DNA of 64,000 nucleotides from an uncultured delta proteobacterium (GTDB lineage Bacteria > Myxococcota_A > Polyangia > Polyangiales > Polyangiaceae). Location: the NCBI GenBank assembly GCA_963850305.1, contig CAWKKR010000001.1, positions 512,001 to 576,000 on the forward strand. The letters run 5' to 3'. The notes beneath the pieces were generated by a model. That model was not told the DNA's origin, did not search any database, and worked only from the letters and a program-made list of their open reading frames with translations. Shown here one piece after another: positions 1 through 12,200 of the stretch. Every line of letters starts with the position of its first letter. Positions within the stretch are counted from its first letter, which is position 1. The position numbers and the translations under genes were made by a program.

Positions 1-138
1 TCTGGCAGCGCGTGCATGGGGGCAGCATACTATTCCCATGTTCAGTGTCCAGACGGCGAACCCTGGCGCGGCACGGTCGGATGAGAACCTTCGCCACCGC
101 TCGGCGCGAGAAACCATCCGGGGCTATAGATACCGGCT

Positions 139-2030
139 GTGATCGCCGACGAGACCATCGAGAGGGTGCGGCGAGAAGCGCGCATCGTCACCATCGTCGG
201 GGAGCGAGTGAAGCTCACGCTCCGGGGGCGCTCGTACGTGGGACTGTGCCCGTTTCACAAGGAGAAGACCCCGAGCTTCCATGTGAACGAAGAGCGTGGC
301 TTCTATCACTGCTTCGGTTGCTCGACATCGGGCGACTCGATCAAGTTCCTCCGCGAGCTCGACGGGCTTTCGTTCGTCGATGCGATCCGGCAGATCGCAG
401 AACGCCAGGGGATCGAGATCGTGGAGACAGGCTCGGACGCCGAGATCCGCGAACAGTCCGAGGCGCGGCGTCGCCGCGAAGAGCTGTACGCGGCAGGGGA
501 TGCCGCCGCCGCGTACTTCGAACGGATGCTCGCGAGTCATCCGCTCGCGCGCTTCGCCGTCGCGGAGCTCGAACGGCGCGGGCTCGATCCGAGGGTGAAG
601 AGCGGCCCCATCGGCGGACGCGCTCGGCAGTTTTCGAGTCGGCTACGCACCTTACGGCTGGGACACGCTCGTCACTCATCTTCGAGACAGCGGTTCGTCC
701 GTCCGCGCGGCGGAGGCGGTCGGGCTCCTAGTGCCTCGAAAAAGGGGGCCCGGTCACTACGATCGGTTCCGCCACCGCTTGATGTTCGCGATCGTAGATC
801 TCGACGGCAAAATCGTCGGATTCAGCGGACGCGCCTTGCCGGAGCCGAGTGACGACGATCGCGCCGCCACGGGAGTCGAGGCGATGGGAACCAGCGGTGA
901 TCCTCCCGCGAAGTATTTGAACTCGCCGGAATCGCCTGTCTACAAGAAGCGTGAGGCTGTGTTCGGACTCTTCCAGGCCCGGCAAGGGGTGCGGCGTGAA
1001 GACCGTACGATCCTCGTCGAGGGCAACTTCGACGTGGTGAGTCTCCACGCGCGCGGCGTGACGAACGTCGTCGCGCCACTCGGCACGGCCTTCACACCGG
1101 AGCAGGCGCGGCTCATCCGACGTTATTCGGCGAACGTCACGCTCTTCTTCGACGGGGACAGTGCGGGTCGCCGCGCCGTCCGCGCCGCGCGCGACGCGTG
1201 CCGAGACGCAGGGCTCGTGGCCAACGTCGCGACACCGCCCGATGGACGCGACCCTGACGACATCGCTCGTGAGAGCGGCGCGGAAGGCGTGCAGCGCTAC
1301 GTCAAGAATGCCCAGAATCTCCTGTCGCACCTCATCGATGAGCTGCTCGATCCGAGTTTCGCCGCGAACGATGCGCACGCGCTCTCGGCGCGCATTCACG
1401 CCGTCGCGGATCTCGATCAAATCGGAAGACGATCCGACGGTGCGTGCGGTGGCCGAGCGCCACGCGGACGCCGCCGCAGCGCGACTCAGCAACGGCGACG
1501 CCCGGAGCTTCCGCGCCCTGGCGTCGGTCGTCCAACGGGCCGCGGCGGGCGCCGGCGGCCCCCCGGAGAGCGCCGTGCCAGCCCCGCCAGACCGGGCTCG
1601 GTCGCGCGAGCGCCGCCGCGACATCGGCTTCGAGATCTTCGGCGCTACCCTGGATTTTCCGGAGCTCCTCGATTCAGCCGAAATCCTGGACACCATCGGC
1701 GCTGTGGACGGCGAGGCCGCGCTGGCGGTCGCCGCAGTGCGTCAAAACCCGCTCCTCGTACGAGACCCCGAACAACTGCTTGCTAAGCTGCCAAGGTCGA
1801 TCCATCCATTCGCGGCTGCGCGGCTTGCTGTGCCCCGGCACCAGACGGTGGACGACGCGAAAGCCGAGCTATTGGGAAATGTCGAGAAGTTGAAACGCTT
1901 GGAGCTTTCGCGTCACAAGTCCGAAGTCATTGAGGAGCTCGCACGCGTGCAGGCGTCGGGCGATTTCGATCGCGAGATGGCGTTGCTCGGTGAGCAAGCA
2001 CGCCGCGCCCGCGAACGACACGGGCTCTAG
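139..2030 (+). CDS. dnaG: DNA primase, split by two +1 frameshifts (~613 and ~1415; probable sequence errors)
   Basis: CHC2 zinc finger [17 protein letters not shown] in ORF 139; [37 protein letters not shown] and DPD TOPRIM motifs in the next frame; helical C-terminus in frame 1161..2030; directly upstream of rpoD. Confidence 0.95.
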
Positions 2031-2059
2031 AGCCCAAACAATCGAGAGAGAGGTACGCG

Positions 2060-4219
<2,160 letters not shown>

Positions 4220-4221
4220 GT

Positions 4222-4346
4222 CACCGAGGCCCGCTTGCTTCGAGCACGGGGCATCTCGGCGCTCTCGGTCCTCGGCGTACGTTCGTACGGCTGCGCCGCC
4301 TTACTCGCCGAGATGCCCCCGCGGTCTTCGCGATTGGACCTCGGTG
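4222..4346. repeat. Nested long inverted repeat (REP/MITE-like or bidirectional terminator) between convergent genes
   Basis: CACCGAGGCCC 4222-4232 pairs with GGACCTCGGTG 4336-4346 (1 mismatch); GGGGCATCTCGGCG 4248-4261 pairs perfectly with CGCCGAGATGCCCC 4306-4319; apical CGTAC-GTTC-GTACG. Confidence 0.7.
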
Positions 4347-4409
4347 TGTCGCTTTGGTCTTCGAACCCGGGGCCTTCGTACGCTCCCGCGCCTCGCCCGA
4401 TCCGCGCCC

Positions 4410-7400
4410 TCACTGCTCGCTGTCGTCCCAGGGCGCGCCGAGCCGCTTGAGCGCCGCCTTGGCCTCGTCCCGGAACGGCGAGTTCGCGGGACCGGTCTTC
4501 AAGAACGCCTGCCAGTGCGGTATGGCTGCCGGCGTCATTCCCAGGCTCACCGCCGCCAAGCGGTGTGCTTCGAAGAGCCAGGGTGCGCTGAGGTTCTGCG
4601 CCGCGGCGAGCTCGATCGCCTTCTTCAACTGTTCGGCGGCCTGGCCATTTTGCGAGCGCAGGCTGAGCATCTTTCCGTAATTGAATCGCCACGTCGCTTC
4701 GTTCGGGTTTGCGGCAAGGGCCTTCTGCCACTCCGCGAGCGCAAGATCCTCCTTTCCGAGATCGTCGTACGCGCGGGCCAGATCCGCGTGGGCCTCGAAC
4801 CGCGAGGGACGGAGTTCGAGAGCCTTCTTCAGATCCTCCACTGCGTCTTTCGCCCGCGTCTCGCGAACGCGTAACACGCCGCGCTGCCAGTAGGCATCGG
4901 CCAGACCCTGATCCAGTTCGAGCGCTCGTTTGAGTGCAACCGAGGCCTCCCCGATGTCACCCCCCTCGTTCGATGCCCATCCGACGTAGAGCTGGTATTC
5001 CGCGTGGTTCGGATCGATCTGAATCGCGCGCTCGAACTCCTTGATGGAATCCTGGAACTCTCGCTTCGCCATGAGCGCTCGGCCCAGACAGAAGTGTGTC
5101 TCCGCCGACGCCGGTCGCTGTTCGAGCACCTTCTTGAGGATCTTCTCGGCTTCATCGCCGTCGCCGGCGTCCGCTTTCCCGCAGCCGACCTTGAGCATCA
5201 GGTCCGGATCATTCGGAGCTTTCGCGAGCGCGGACTCGTATTCGTGCAGCGCCTCTTCCGTGCGCCCAGATTCCTGGAACAGGACCCCGCGTTCGAGAGC
5301 GAGGCCTGGAAAGTCGCGGTCCACCTTGGCCACGGCGTCGAAGATTTCGAGCGCCTTGTCGAACTCGCGCTCCCGAACCAGCGCCGTTCCGACGAGGAAC
5401 CGTGCTTCGATATCGTCCGGATCGAGCTCGATGGCATGTTCGAAGGCCGTCAGTCCGTCCGCGTAGCGTCCCTGCGTCATTGCCACGTGGCCCAGCGCCT
5501 TGTAGAGCGCGGGTGACGCGGGCAAGCGCTTCTGCGCGTCGGAGAGCGTCTCGTTCGCCGCGTCGAGCTTCCCGATCTGGCTCAGCACGCCCGCGAGCGC
5601 AATATACGGGAGCACCGCATCCGGCGCGTCCATGCCGTTTGCGATGGACTCTCTGTAGGCCGCCTCCGCTCCCTTGCGGTCGCCCAAAGCCTCCAGAACT
5701 CGGCCGTACCAGTAGTCGACCTGCATATCCTTCGGATAATTTTTCCAGAGCTTGACGAGCATGTCGCGCGCCTCTTCGGGGCGCTCCAGTTCGAGACTCG
5801 ACTTGGCGACCCCGACCTGGGCTACGAGGTCGTCTGGATCTGCCTGCGCTGCGGCCTTGAAGCGGGCAATCGCCTGTGAGTAGCGCCCTGCGCGGAATAG
5901 CGTCTCGCCGAGGCCGGCCAATGCCCGGGCGCCCCTCGCATTCGCCTTCATCATGTCCGCGATCTTGATGGCGTCATTGAACGCCTGCTCCGCCTGCGAG
6001 ACGCGACCGCGATCGAGATGAATCTCGCCCATCAGCGATTCCGCTTCGATCCTCTCCTCGGGACCCGCGTACTCCGGGTGCGACAATATCTCCTCGAGCA
6101 GCTTGGTCGACACCGTCTCGTCGCGCTTGGTGCTCCAGCTATTTTCCGCAAGCAGAAGCCGAGCGCCGACGTGATGCGGGCTCGCCGCGATCGTTGCTTC
6201 TGCCAGTTTCTGGGCTCCCGGAACGTCACCCCCGAGAAGCGTCGCGCGCGCCAGGCCGTACGACGTCCGCGGGCTCTTCTCGAGCGCGGCCGCCACTTTC
6301 CACGCAGCAAGCGCGGCCGGCGCGTCATGGGCCTTGAGCTCGACCTCGCCACGAACGATGGCAACGTCGACATCTCTCGGCATACTCGCCGCGAGGCGCT
6401 GGAGAAGCTGCCGCGCCTTCGCGATCTCGCCGTCCACGCCGGCCTTGGCCGCCTGGGCGAGGTCGAGCTTGTCAATGCCATTGGAGTCGGCGATCTCGTC
6501 GAGTCCGACCTTTGCGTCGGCGTAGATCTCGCTGCCGCCGCCGAACCTGAGGATCCGAGAAAACCCGACGAAGGAGGTGTATGCGACGAGCGGCTTGTAG
6601 CGACGCGCTTGTGTGGCGGCACTCGACACGGCCTTCATCGCCGCATCGGCGTCCGGGTAGGTGTCAGAGGCGAGCGCGCGGTGCACGGCGTCGGCGGCGC
6701 CGGCCAGGATTCGCTCGTAGTCGCCTCGACGCAGCTGATCGACGACGAAATACGCTCCGAACGGGCCTAGTGACGGCACGAGCGTCAGCGCGCCTCCGGC
6801 AAGCGCAGTAGCCACGATGGTCGCCACGGCAACCCGGAGCCGTTGTTTCCGACGCTTCGATTGAATCTCCGCGACGGCCCCGCCGGGAGCAGCGGCCACG
6901 CGCGTTCGCGCAACCGGCTCCGCAGGCGCGTTCTCCTCGCCGGGCAGCCCCGCGAACTCTGCCGCGTCGCCAGGCTCACCCTGAGGGAGGTCGCCCTCGA
7001 TCGCGACCCCACCGCCGTCGTCTTGAAGGTTGACCTCCCCGTAGGCGACGCCGCCGCCGGCCTTTCGCACGATCTCCTCGACCTGCTGCGGCGGCGCGAA
7101 CTCGCGACTGTCAGGAGGTACCGATTGTCCGAAACCACCATCCCCGAACGGACCACCGTCCGAAGCTTCGGGGGGCGTCCCGAACGGATCGCCCGCGGGA
7201 CCCGCGGCCCCGAAATGCTCTGCGCTCGCACTGGCGAAGGCATCCGGTGCGGGTCCCCCGAAGGCATCAGAGTCGCCAAACGGGTCCGGCGCAGCGCCCC
7301 CAAACTGGGGCGGCTCGCTGAATGAAACCGGCGGAGCGGCATTGCCGAATGGATCGTCCGAGGAGGGGATCGGCAACCCTGCCGCGTTCGCGGGCAACCC

Positions 7401-8450
7401 TGCTGCGTTCGCGGGCAATCCTGCTGCGTTCGCAGGCAATCCTACCGCCGCCGGCGACGGTAGATTGCCCCCGACGATCGGCAGATCGAGCTCTCCGAAG
7501 CCACCAGCACCGCCTTCTGCTCGAGAGAAGGACGGCAAATCCGCACGAGCGCTGGGGGAGGGTAAATCCGCCCCGGAGCCCAGGGACGGTAAATCCGCTC
7601 CCGAGCCCAGCGAGGGTAGGTCGTCGCCGAAACCGCGCGCTTTCACGCCGTCCGCGACCGAAGGCAGGTCGAACGCGTGCGAGGCAGCCGGAAGATCGAA
7701 CTCGTCCGTCGATCGAGAAGGCGCGCCACGGTGGGGTGCCCCGGACGTGACTGCTGGAAGATCGACGGCTGCGCGGGGAACCGCCGGCAGATCGATATTC
7801 CCTGGCCGAGTTCTCGGCGACGTCACTGTGCGGGGCACGGCGGGAAAATCCAGCTCTTCGAAGGGATCCGCTGCGGGTTGCGTCGGCTCCACTTCGGTGA
7901 ACGGATCGCGCACAGCGGGACGGGGCGTGACAGAGGGAGTCCCCATTGATCGCGTGGGGATGCCCCGGCGCGGCGGCATGGGCGGGGGCGCCGGTGACGG
8001 TAGATCGGCCTGATCGAGCGTCGCTGGCCGCGGGACGGTTCTCTTCGCCGGGCCGGGTGCCCGGAGGGCGGGCACGTCCAGCTCACCGAAAGGATCCGCG
8101 GCGTCGCGCGGCGCCGCGGGCATCGGCAGATCGACGTTGTCCGGCGGCGGTTCTGGAGCGCGCACGGGCGCTTGAATCCGTGGGGGTGCGACTCCGATCA
8201 TCGTCCCCTTCATCGCCGGCTTTTTTTTCGGAAGCGGCGGCCTCGCTGGCGGCGTATCGCCCTCGATCCCTCCCAGTGCGGCACCGAGCACCGGACTGGT
8301 CGGTGAGGTCCCGCGCGGATCGGCCGGCGGCGGCTCGACCTGGAAACTCGTGCCGCACTTCGGGCAACGCATCTTCAAGCCGCTCGGCGGGACGCGGCGC
8401 TCGTCGACCTGATACGGAGCCTTGCACCCCGGGCACTCGACTTTGAACAT
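4410..8450 (-). CDS. Zinc-ribbon (MJ0042-type) / Pro-rich disordered / single TM / TPR protein
   Basis: N-terminal CPGC..CPKC; ~500 aa low-complexity linker; basic RRKQR followed by a hydrophobic helix; many C-terminal TPRs (e.g. AIELDPDD, ALAKAPND, AIQIDPNH). Confidence 0.9.
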   Translation of the reverse strand: MFKVECPGCKAPYQVDERRVPPSGLKMRCPKCGTSFQVEPPPADPRGTSPTSPVLGAALGGIEGDTPPARPPLPKKKPAMKGTMIGVAPPRIQAPVRAPEPPPDNVDLPMPAAPRDAADPFGELDVPALRAPGPAKRTVPRPATLDQADLPSPAPPPMPPRRGIPTRSMGTPSVTPRPAVRDPFTEVEPTQPAADPFEELDFPAVPRTVTSPRTRPGNIDLPAVPRAAVDLPAVTSGAPHRGAPSRSTDEFDLPAASHAFDLPSVADGVKARGFGDDLPSLGSGADLPSLGSGADLPSPSARADLPSFSRAEGGAGGFGELDLPIVGGNLPSPAAVGLPANAAGLPANAAGLPANAAGLPIPSSDDPFGNAAPPVSFSEPPQFGGAAPDPFGDSDAFGGPAPDAFASASAEHFGAAGPAGDPFGTPPEASDGGPFGDGGFGQSVPPDSREFAPPQQVEEIVRKAGGGVAYGEVNLQDDGGGVAIEGDLPQGEPGDAAEFAGLPGEENAPAEPVARTRVAAAPGGAVAEIQSKRRKQRLRVAVATIVATALAGGALTLVPSLGPFGAYFVVDQLRRGDYERILAGAADAVHRALASDTYPDADAAMKAVSSAATQARRYKPLVAYTSFVGFSRILRFGGGSEIYADAKVGLDEIADSNGIDKLDLAQAAKAGVDGEIAKARQLLQRLAASMPRDVDVAIVRGEVELKAHDAPAALAAWKVAAALEKSPRTSYGLARATLLGGDVPGAQKLAEATIAASPHHVGARLLLAENSWSTKRDETVSTKLLEEILSHPEYAGPEERIEAESLMGEIHLDRGRVSQAEQAFNDAIKIADMMKANARGARALAGLGETLFRAGRYSQAIARFKAAAQADPDDLVAQVGVAKSSLELERPEEARDMLVKLWKNYPKDMQVDYWYGRVLEALGDRKGAEAAYRESIANGMDAPDAVLPYIALAGVLSQIGKLDAANETLSDAQKRLPASPALYKALGHVAMTQGRYADGLTAFEHAIELDPDDIEARFLVGTALVREREFDKALEIFDAVAKVDRDFPGLALERGVLFQESGRTEEALHEYESALAKAPNDPDLMLKVGCGKADAGDGDEAEKILKKVLEQRPASAETHFCLGRALMAKREFQDSIKEFERAIQIDPNHAEYQLYVGWASNEGGDIGEASVALKRALELDQGLADAYWQRGVLRVRETRAKDAVEDLKKALELRPSRFEAHADLARAYDDLGKEDLALAEWQKALAANPNEATWRFNYGKMLSLRSQNGQAAEQLKKAIELAAAQNLSAPWLFEAHRLAAVSLGMTPAAIPHWQAFLKTGPANSPFRDEAKAALKRLGAPWDDSEQ
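7372..7448. repeat. 21-bp intragenic tandem repeat, ~3.7 copies, encoding GLPANAA
   Basis: GGCAA(C/T)CCTGC(C/T)GCGTTCGC(G/A) at 7372, 7393, 7414 and a partial copy at 7435; a 27-bp two-copy repeat (DLPSLGSGA) lies at ~7561-7614. Confidence 0.9.
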
Positions 8451-8552
8451 CGATCGTCACCATTTTAGCAGGTAGCCGCCCAAGTCATCTCCCCAAATCG
8501 GAACGAAGGCTCGCGCCCGCCTTTGCATCCATGATAGGCGGATTGGCGATCC

Positions 8553-9092
8553 ATGGCGCTCACGCGGACGTCCGTCGTCGGGGCGGCGCTCGTCGCTGCT
8601 GCTGCGGTGTGGGCGACGGTCAGCCTCCGCAGCAGGGAGTTTCGGGTGCCCGAGCACGTACCCGAGGCCAAAAGCCCACAGCCAACCGCGCCTGCGGCCG
8701 CGTCGTCGATTCCGGAGCTCGACCCCTCGGCGCTCGGCGTTCCCCTTCCGGCGGGTCGGGCTGTGCCGGACCTTCCGCCGGATGCGCCGGCGCGCGCCTC
8801 GTTCGGTGTCGTGCTCATCACGTATCGAGGTGCGGAGTCTGCGCCGCCGGATGCGCGGCCGAAGGACGCAGCGCTGAAGCTCGCGCAGGCGCTGCTGCCC
8901 GACGCGAAGCTGAACTTCGACGAGGCAGTAAAGAAGGGGGACACGGGCTCGACCGTCGACGCCGGGATGATACCGAGGGGCGTCCTCGAGCCCGAGGTCG
9001 AATACGCACTCTTCACGCTAAAAAAGGGACAAGTCTACGACTCTCCCCTCGACACGCCAAGAGGGTTTTGGATTCTCCGGCGGAATAAGTGA
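8553..9092 (+). CDS. Membrane-anchored PpiC/parvulin-like protein, degenerate active site
   Basis: N-terminal hydrophobic anchor; rotamase-like spacing VVLITYRGA..FDEAV..DAGMIPRG..EYALFTLKKGQV..PLDTPRGFWIL. Confidence 0.75.
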   Translation: MALTRTSVVGAALVAAAAVWATVSLRSREFRVPEHVPEAKSPQPTAPAAASSIPELDPSALGVPLPAGRAVPDLPPDAPARASFGVVLITYRGAESAPPDARPKDAALKLAQALLPDAKLNFDEAVKKGDTGSTVDAGMIPRGVLEPEVEYALFTLKKGQVYDSPLDTPRGFWILRRNK

Positions 9093-9255
9093 GCGGCTGT
9101 CCAGAAAGCGGGCCGGGCTAAACCCCTGGAGCCGTGCACGGCGGAGGTGACTCGATACCCGCCGCGAGTTCGCTGGTCGAAGCGTGCTCGAATCGCATAC
9201 AGTCGATGCGTGTCGCGTGCGCGCTTTGTCGGGCGCCTCGGGCACCCGCGCGTCG

Positions 9256-12200
9256 ATGTCGTTCTCCCTTCCCCCGAACTCCACTCCGCTCGATCCGCTC
9301 GTAAACGAAACCTTGGCCATGCTTCGCCGGGAATGCGAGGCGACCGAAGTCGAGGCGCGGCGAGGAATTCTTCTTCACGAGATCGGCATCCTCGAGGACG
9401 CGACCCGGAACGACGGTCAAGCCGCGCGGGATCTCCTCACCGCCGTCAACACGCTCCCCGAATTCCACGAACCACTCGAGCGGCTCGTGGCGGTCATCGA
9501 GCGTCGCAAGTCGTACAAGAACCTCGGAAAGCTCGTCGATCGACTGGCCAAGATCGCCGAGTCACCCGAGGAACTCGCGCGCGCGCTGGTCGCGCTTTCA
9601 GAACTCCGCGAAGATCATGAAAGCGATCTCGCGGGGTCGCGAGAAGCCCTCGAGCGCGCCACGCAAACCAAGGGGGATGATGTCGATGCCTGGCTGTCGC
9701 TGGAACGTCTAGCCGCGCGCGTGGGCGACAGCGAAGTTCGTCGCCGCGCCCTTGCCGCGCGCGCTGATCTCGCGGTGCATCCCGAATGGCGTGCTCTTCT
9801 TTCCATCGACGTCGGAAGGCTTCACGCGGAGGCCGGCGACGTCGATGCCGCCATCCGCTCGGTGGATCGCGCGCTCGCCGCCAAGAGTGCCGCTTCCCTT
9901 GGCGCGCTCGCCGAACTCGAACGAGTGGGGACATCGTCGGGGCGGACCGACCTGGTCCTGCGCGCACTCGAAGAACGGGCGACTCTGCTCGAACGGGCGG
10001 TACGCGGCGACGACGAGGCAGAACCGCGGGGCGTACCCGCTGAGCTGCGGTCTGCCGGACATGTCGCGGAGGCCTGGCTTCGCGCCGGGGACATTTATCG
10101 CGCCCAGGGGGCCACCGATCGCGCGACCACGCTCCTGGACCGCGTCAGGGAACGTCTCCCTGATGACTCGATCGCGGCGCGCCTCCGGCTTCGCGCCGCC
10201 GAGGCGGCAGGAGACGCCGCGACCGCAGCTGCGCTCGCGCAGAGCGAGCTCGGCCGGGACACGCGGGGCCCGGTCGCCGCGGGACTCTGGATGCGGGTGG
10301 CGGAAGCAGCCGCCTCGAACGGCGAGGCGACCACCGCCTTGGATGCACTTGCGAAGGCCCTCTCCGAGGACCCCAAGAGTCTCCCGGCGCGCACTCTCGA
10401 ACTGGATCTACTCGGTGGGTCGGGTCTTCACGCTGCTCTGTCTTCGGCGCTGGAGTCGGCCGCCGAAAATCTCGAGAGTCCGGCACTGGCGGCGCAACTG
10501 TTCCTCTTGGCCGCAGACTCGGCGGCGCGCGGGGCGCAAGATCCCAGCGCAGCGAAGGCCTCACTGTCTCAAGCGGCCGCAGCAGGCGCACCCCTCGAAA
10601 TCGTCGCGCGGACCGGCCGCATGCTCGCCGCGCTCTCACGGGATGCGACCTGGGTAGACGAGGCAACTCGACGCCTGCTGGCAACCAACCCGCCGGACGC
10701 CGAGCGCGCGAGCCTTTGGTTCGAGACGATCCGTTCGAAGCTACTCCGCGACGACGTCGGCGCGGCCATCGACGCGGCCACGTCGCTCTCGAGCGTGCCC
10801 GGTGCCGCGTGGCTCGCCGCCGCCCTTCACGCCTACGCAACCTCGGCGCGAAAGAATACCGAGTCCAAGGTCGTGCGAGGAGCTCCCGCGCTCGCGGCGC
10901 TCGCGGCGCTCACCGAAGAATCGTCTCTGGCGGCGGGCTTCCGCCTCGCGGCGGCGCTCCGCTATCAGACGGGAGGCCAGCTCGACGAGGCGATCGCGGT
11001 TCTGGGCGAACTTCACAGGTCCGATCCATCACATCTCGTCGCGGCCGTGGCCCTCGCGGCGTTGCATCGTCGGCAGGATCGACCGCTGCAGGCCGCAGAC
11101 GTGCTCGAGACGACGAGCACGAAACTCGACGACCGTGCCGTCGCGGCGGCGCTCGAACTGGAGGCCGGCATTCTGCGCTGGCTGGCGGGCAGCAGAGAAG
11201 GAGCGATCGCGGCGTTCGAAACCGCTACGTCGAATTCGCCGAGTGCGGGCTCGAGCTTGCTTGCCTGGTCTCTCCGCGCTGCACACCCGAACGACGTCGA
11301 TGCACGAAGGAAGGCGCTGAAGACAACGCTCACGAACGAGGACCCCGGGGCGATGGCCGTCGAGCGGTTCGCGCTGGAGGTGGGCGCCGGCGGGGAGCGC
11401 CATGCGGCAGTCGCGGCAGTTTCGAACGCCGAGAGCGGTGGTTCCATCGGCTTCGCGCTCGACCTCATCCGTGCCCTCTTCGACGGAGGCCAGCCCGGCG
11501 AACGAGCCGCAGCGCGCGCTGCCATCGCGCGACGGGGCGACGCGGCGGCGGCCATCGCCCACGCTGCCGCGCATCTCGAGAACGTCACGAACCGCGATCT
11601 GGACGCGCGTAGTCGGGAAGCCGGCGCCGCGGACTGGGCGACCGTCGATCATTCGCTCGGTGCCGCGCTCGAATGGCTCGCACACTCGATGGCTGCAGGC
11701 GACGTGGAGCGCGAGATCTCGGCTCGGGAGTGCGTCGCGATGCGTCTGGGCGAACCGCTGGGGTCGACCGTGCTCGCGAGCGCGCGCATCGTCGGACGGC
11801 TTGCCCACGACAATCTCGCATCGCCGCTGCTTCCCGGAAAAGACCCGGCGACGCTCCTTTCGAATCTGGAACTCGCTCCGCCGTCCTGCGACCCGCGACG
11901 ACGCGCAGCCGTCCTCATAGATGCCGCAGCGGCACTGGACGCGGGGTCGTCGGGCGCGACGCTCGCGCTGGCGGGCTGGAACCTGCTTGCGGCGGGCGAC
12001 GCCGCTCGTGCCATCCGCGCGTTCCGCAGCTACGTGACGATTCACGATGCGGACATCGTGGGCTGGGAGGGGTTGCGCGCCGCGGCGGAGCTCGCCGTGG
12101 ACAAGCCGCTCCTCGCGGAGGCCTCCGCCGCTCTGGGCGATCTCGTGAGCGATCCCGGTCAGGGTGCGGAGCTCTGGGAGCGCGCGGCAACGCTCCTTCT

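Noticed and set aside
139..2030. dnaG (and murF, Omp85, tamB) as pseudogenes or programmed frameshifts
   Set aside because: Motifs are intact, dnaG and murF are essential, and there are no slippery sites; uniform +1 insertions point to sequence error.
4222..4346. tRNA, SRP RNA or 6S RNA after rpoD
   Set aside because: No cloverleaf or T-loop, no SRP GGAA domain IV motif, and shorter than a typical 6S RNA.
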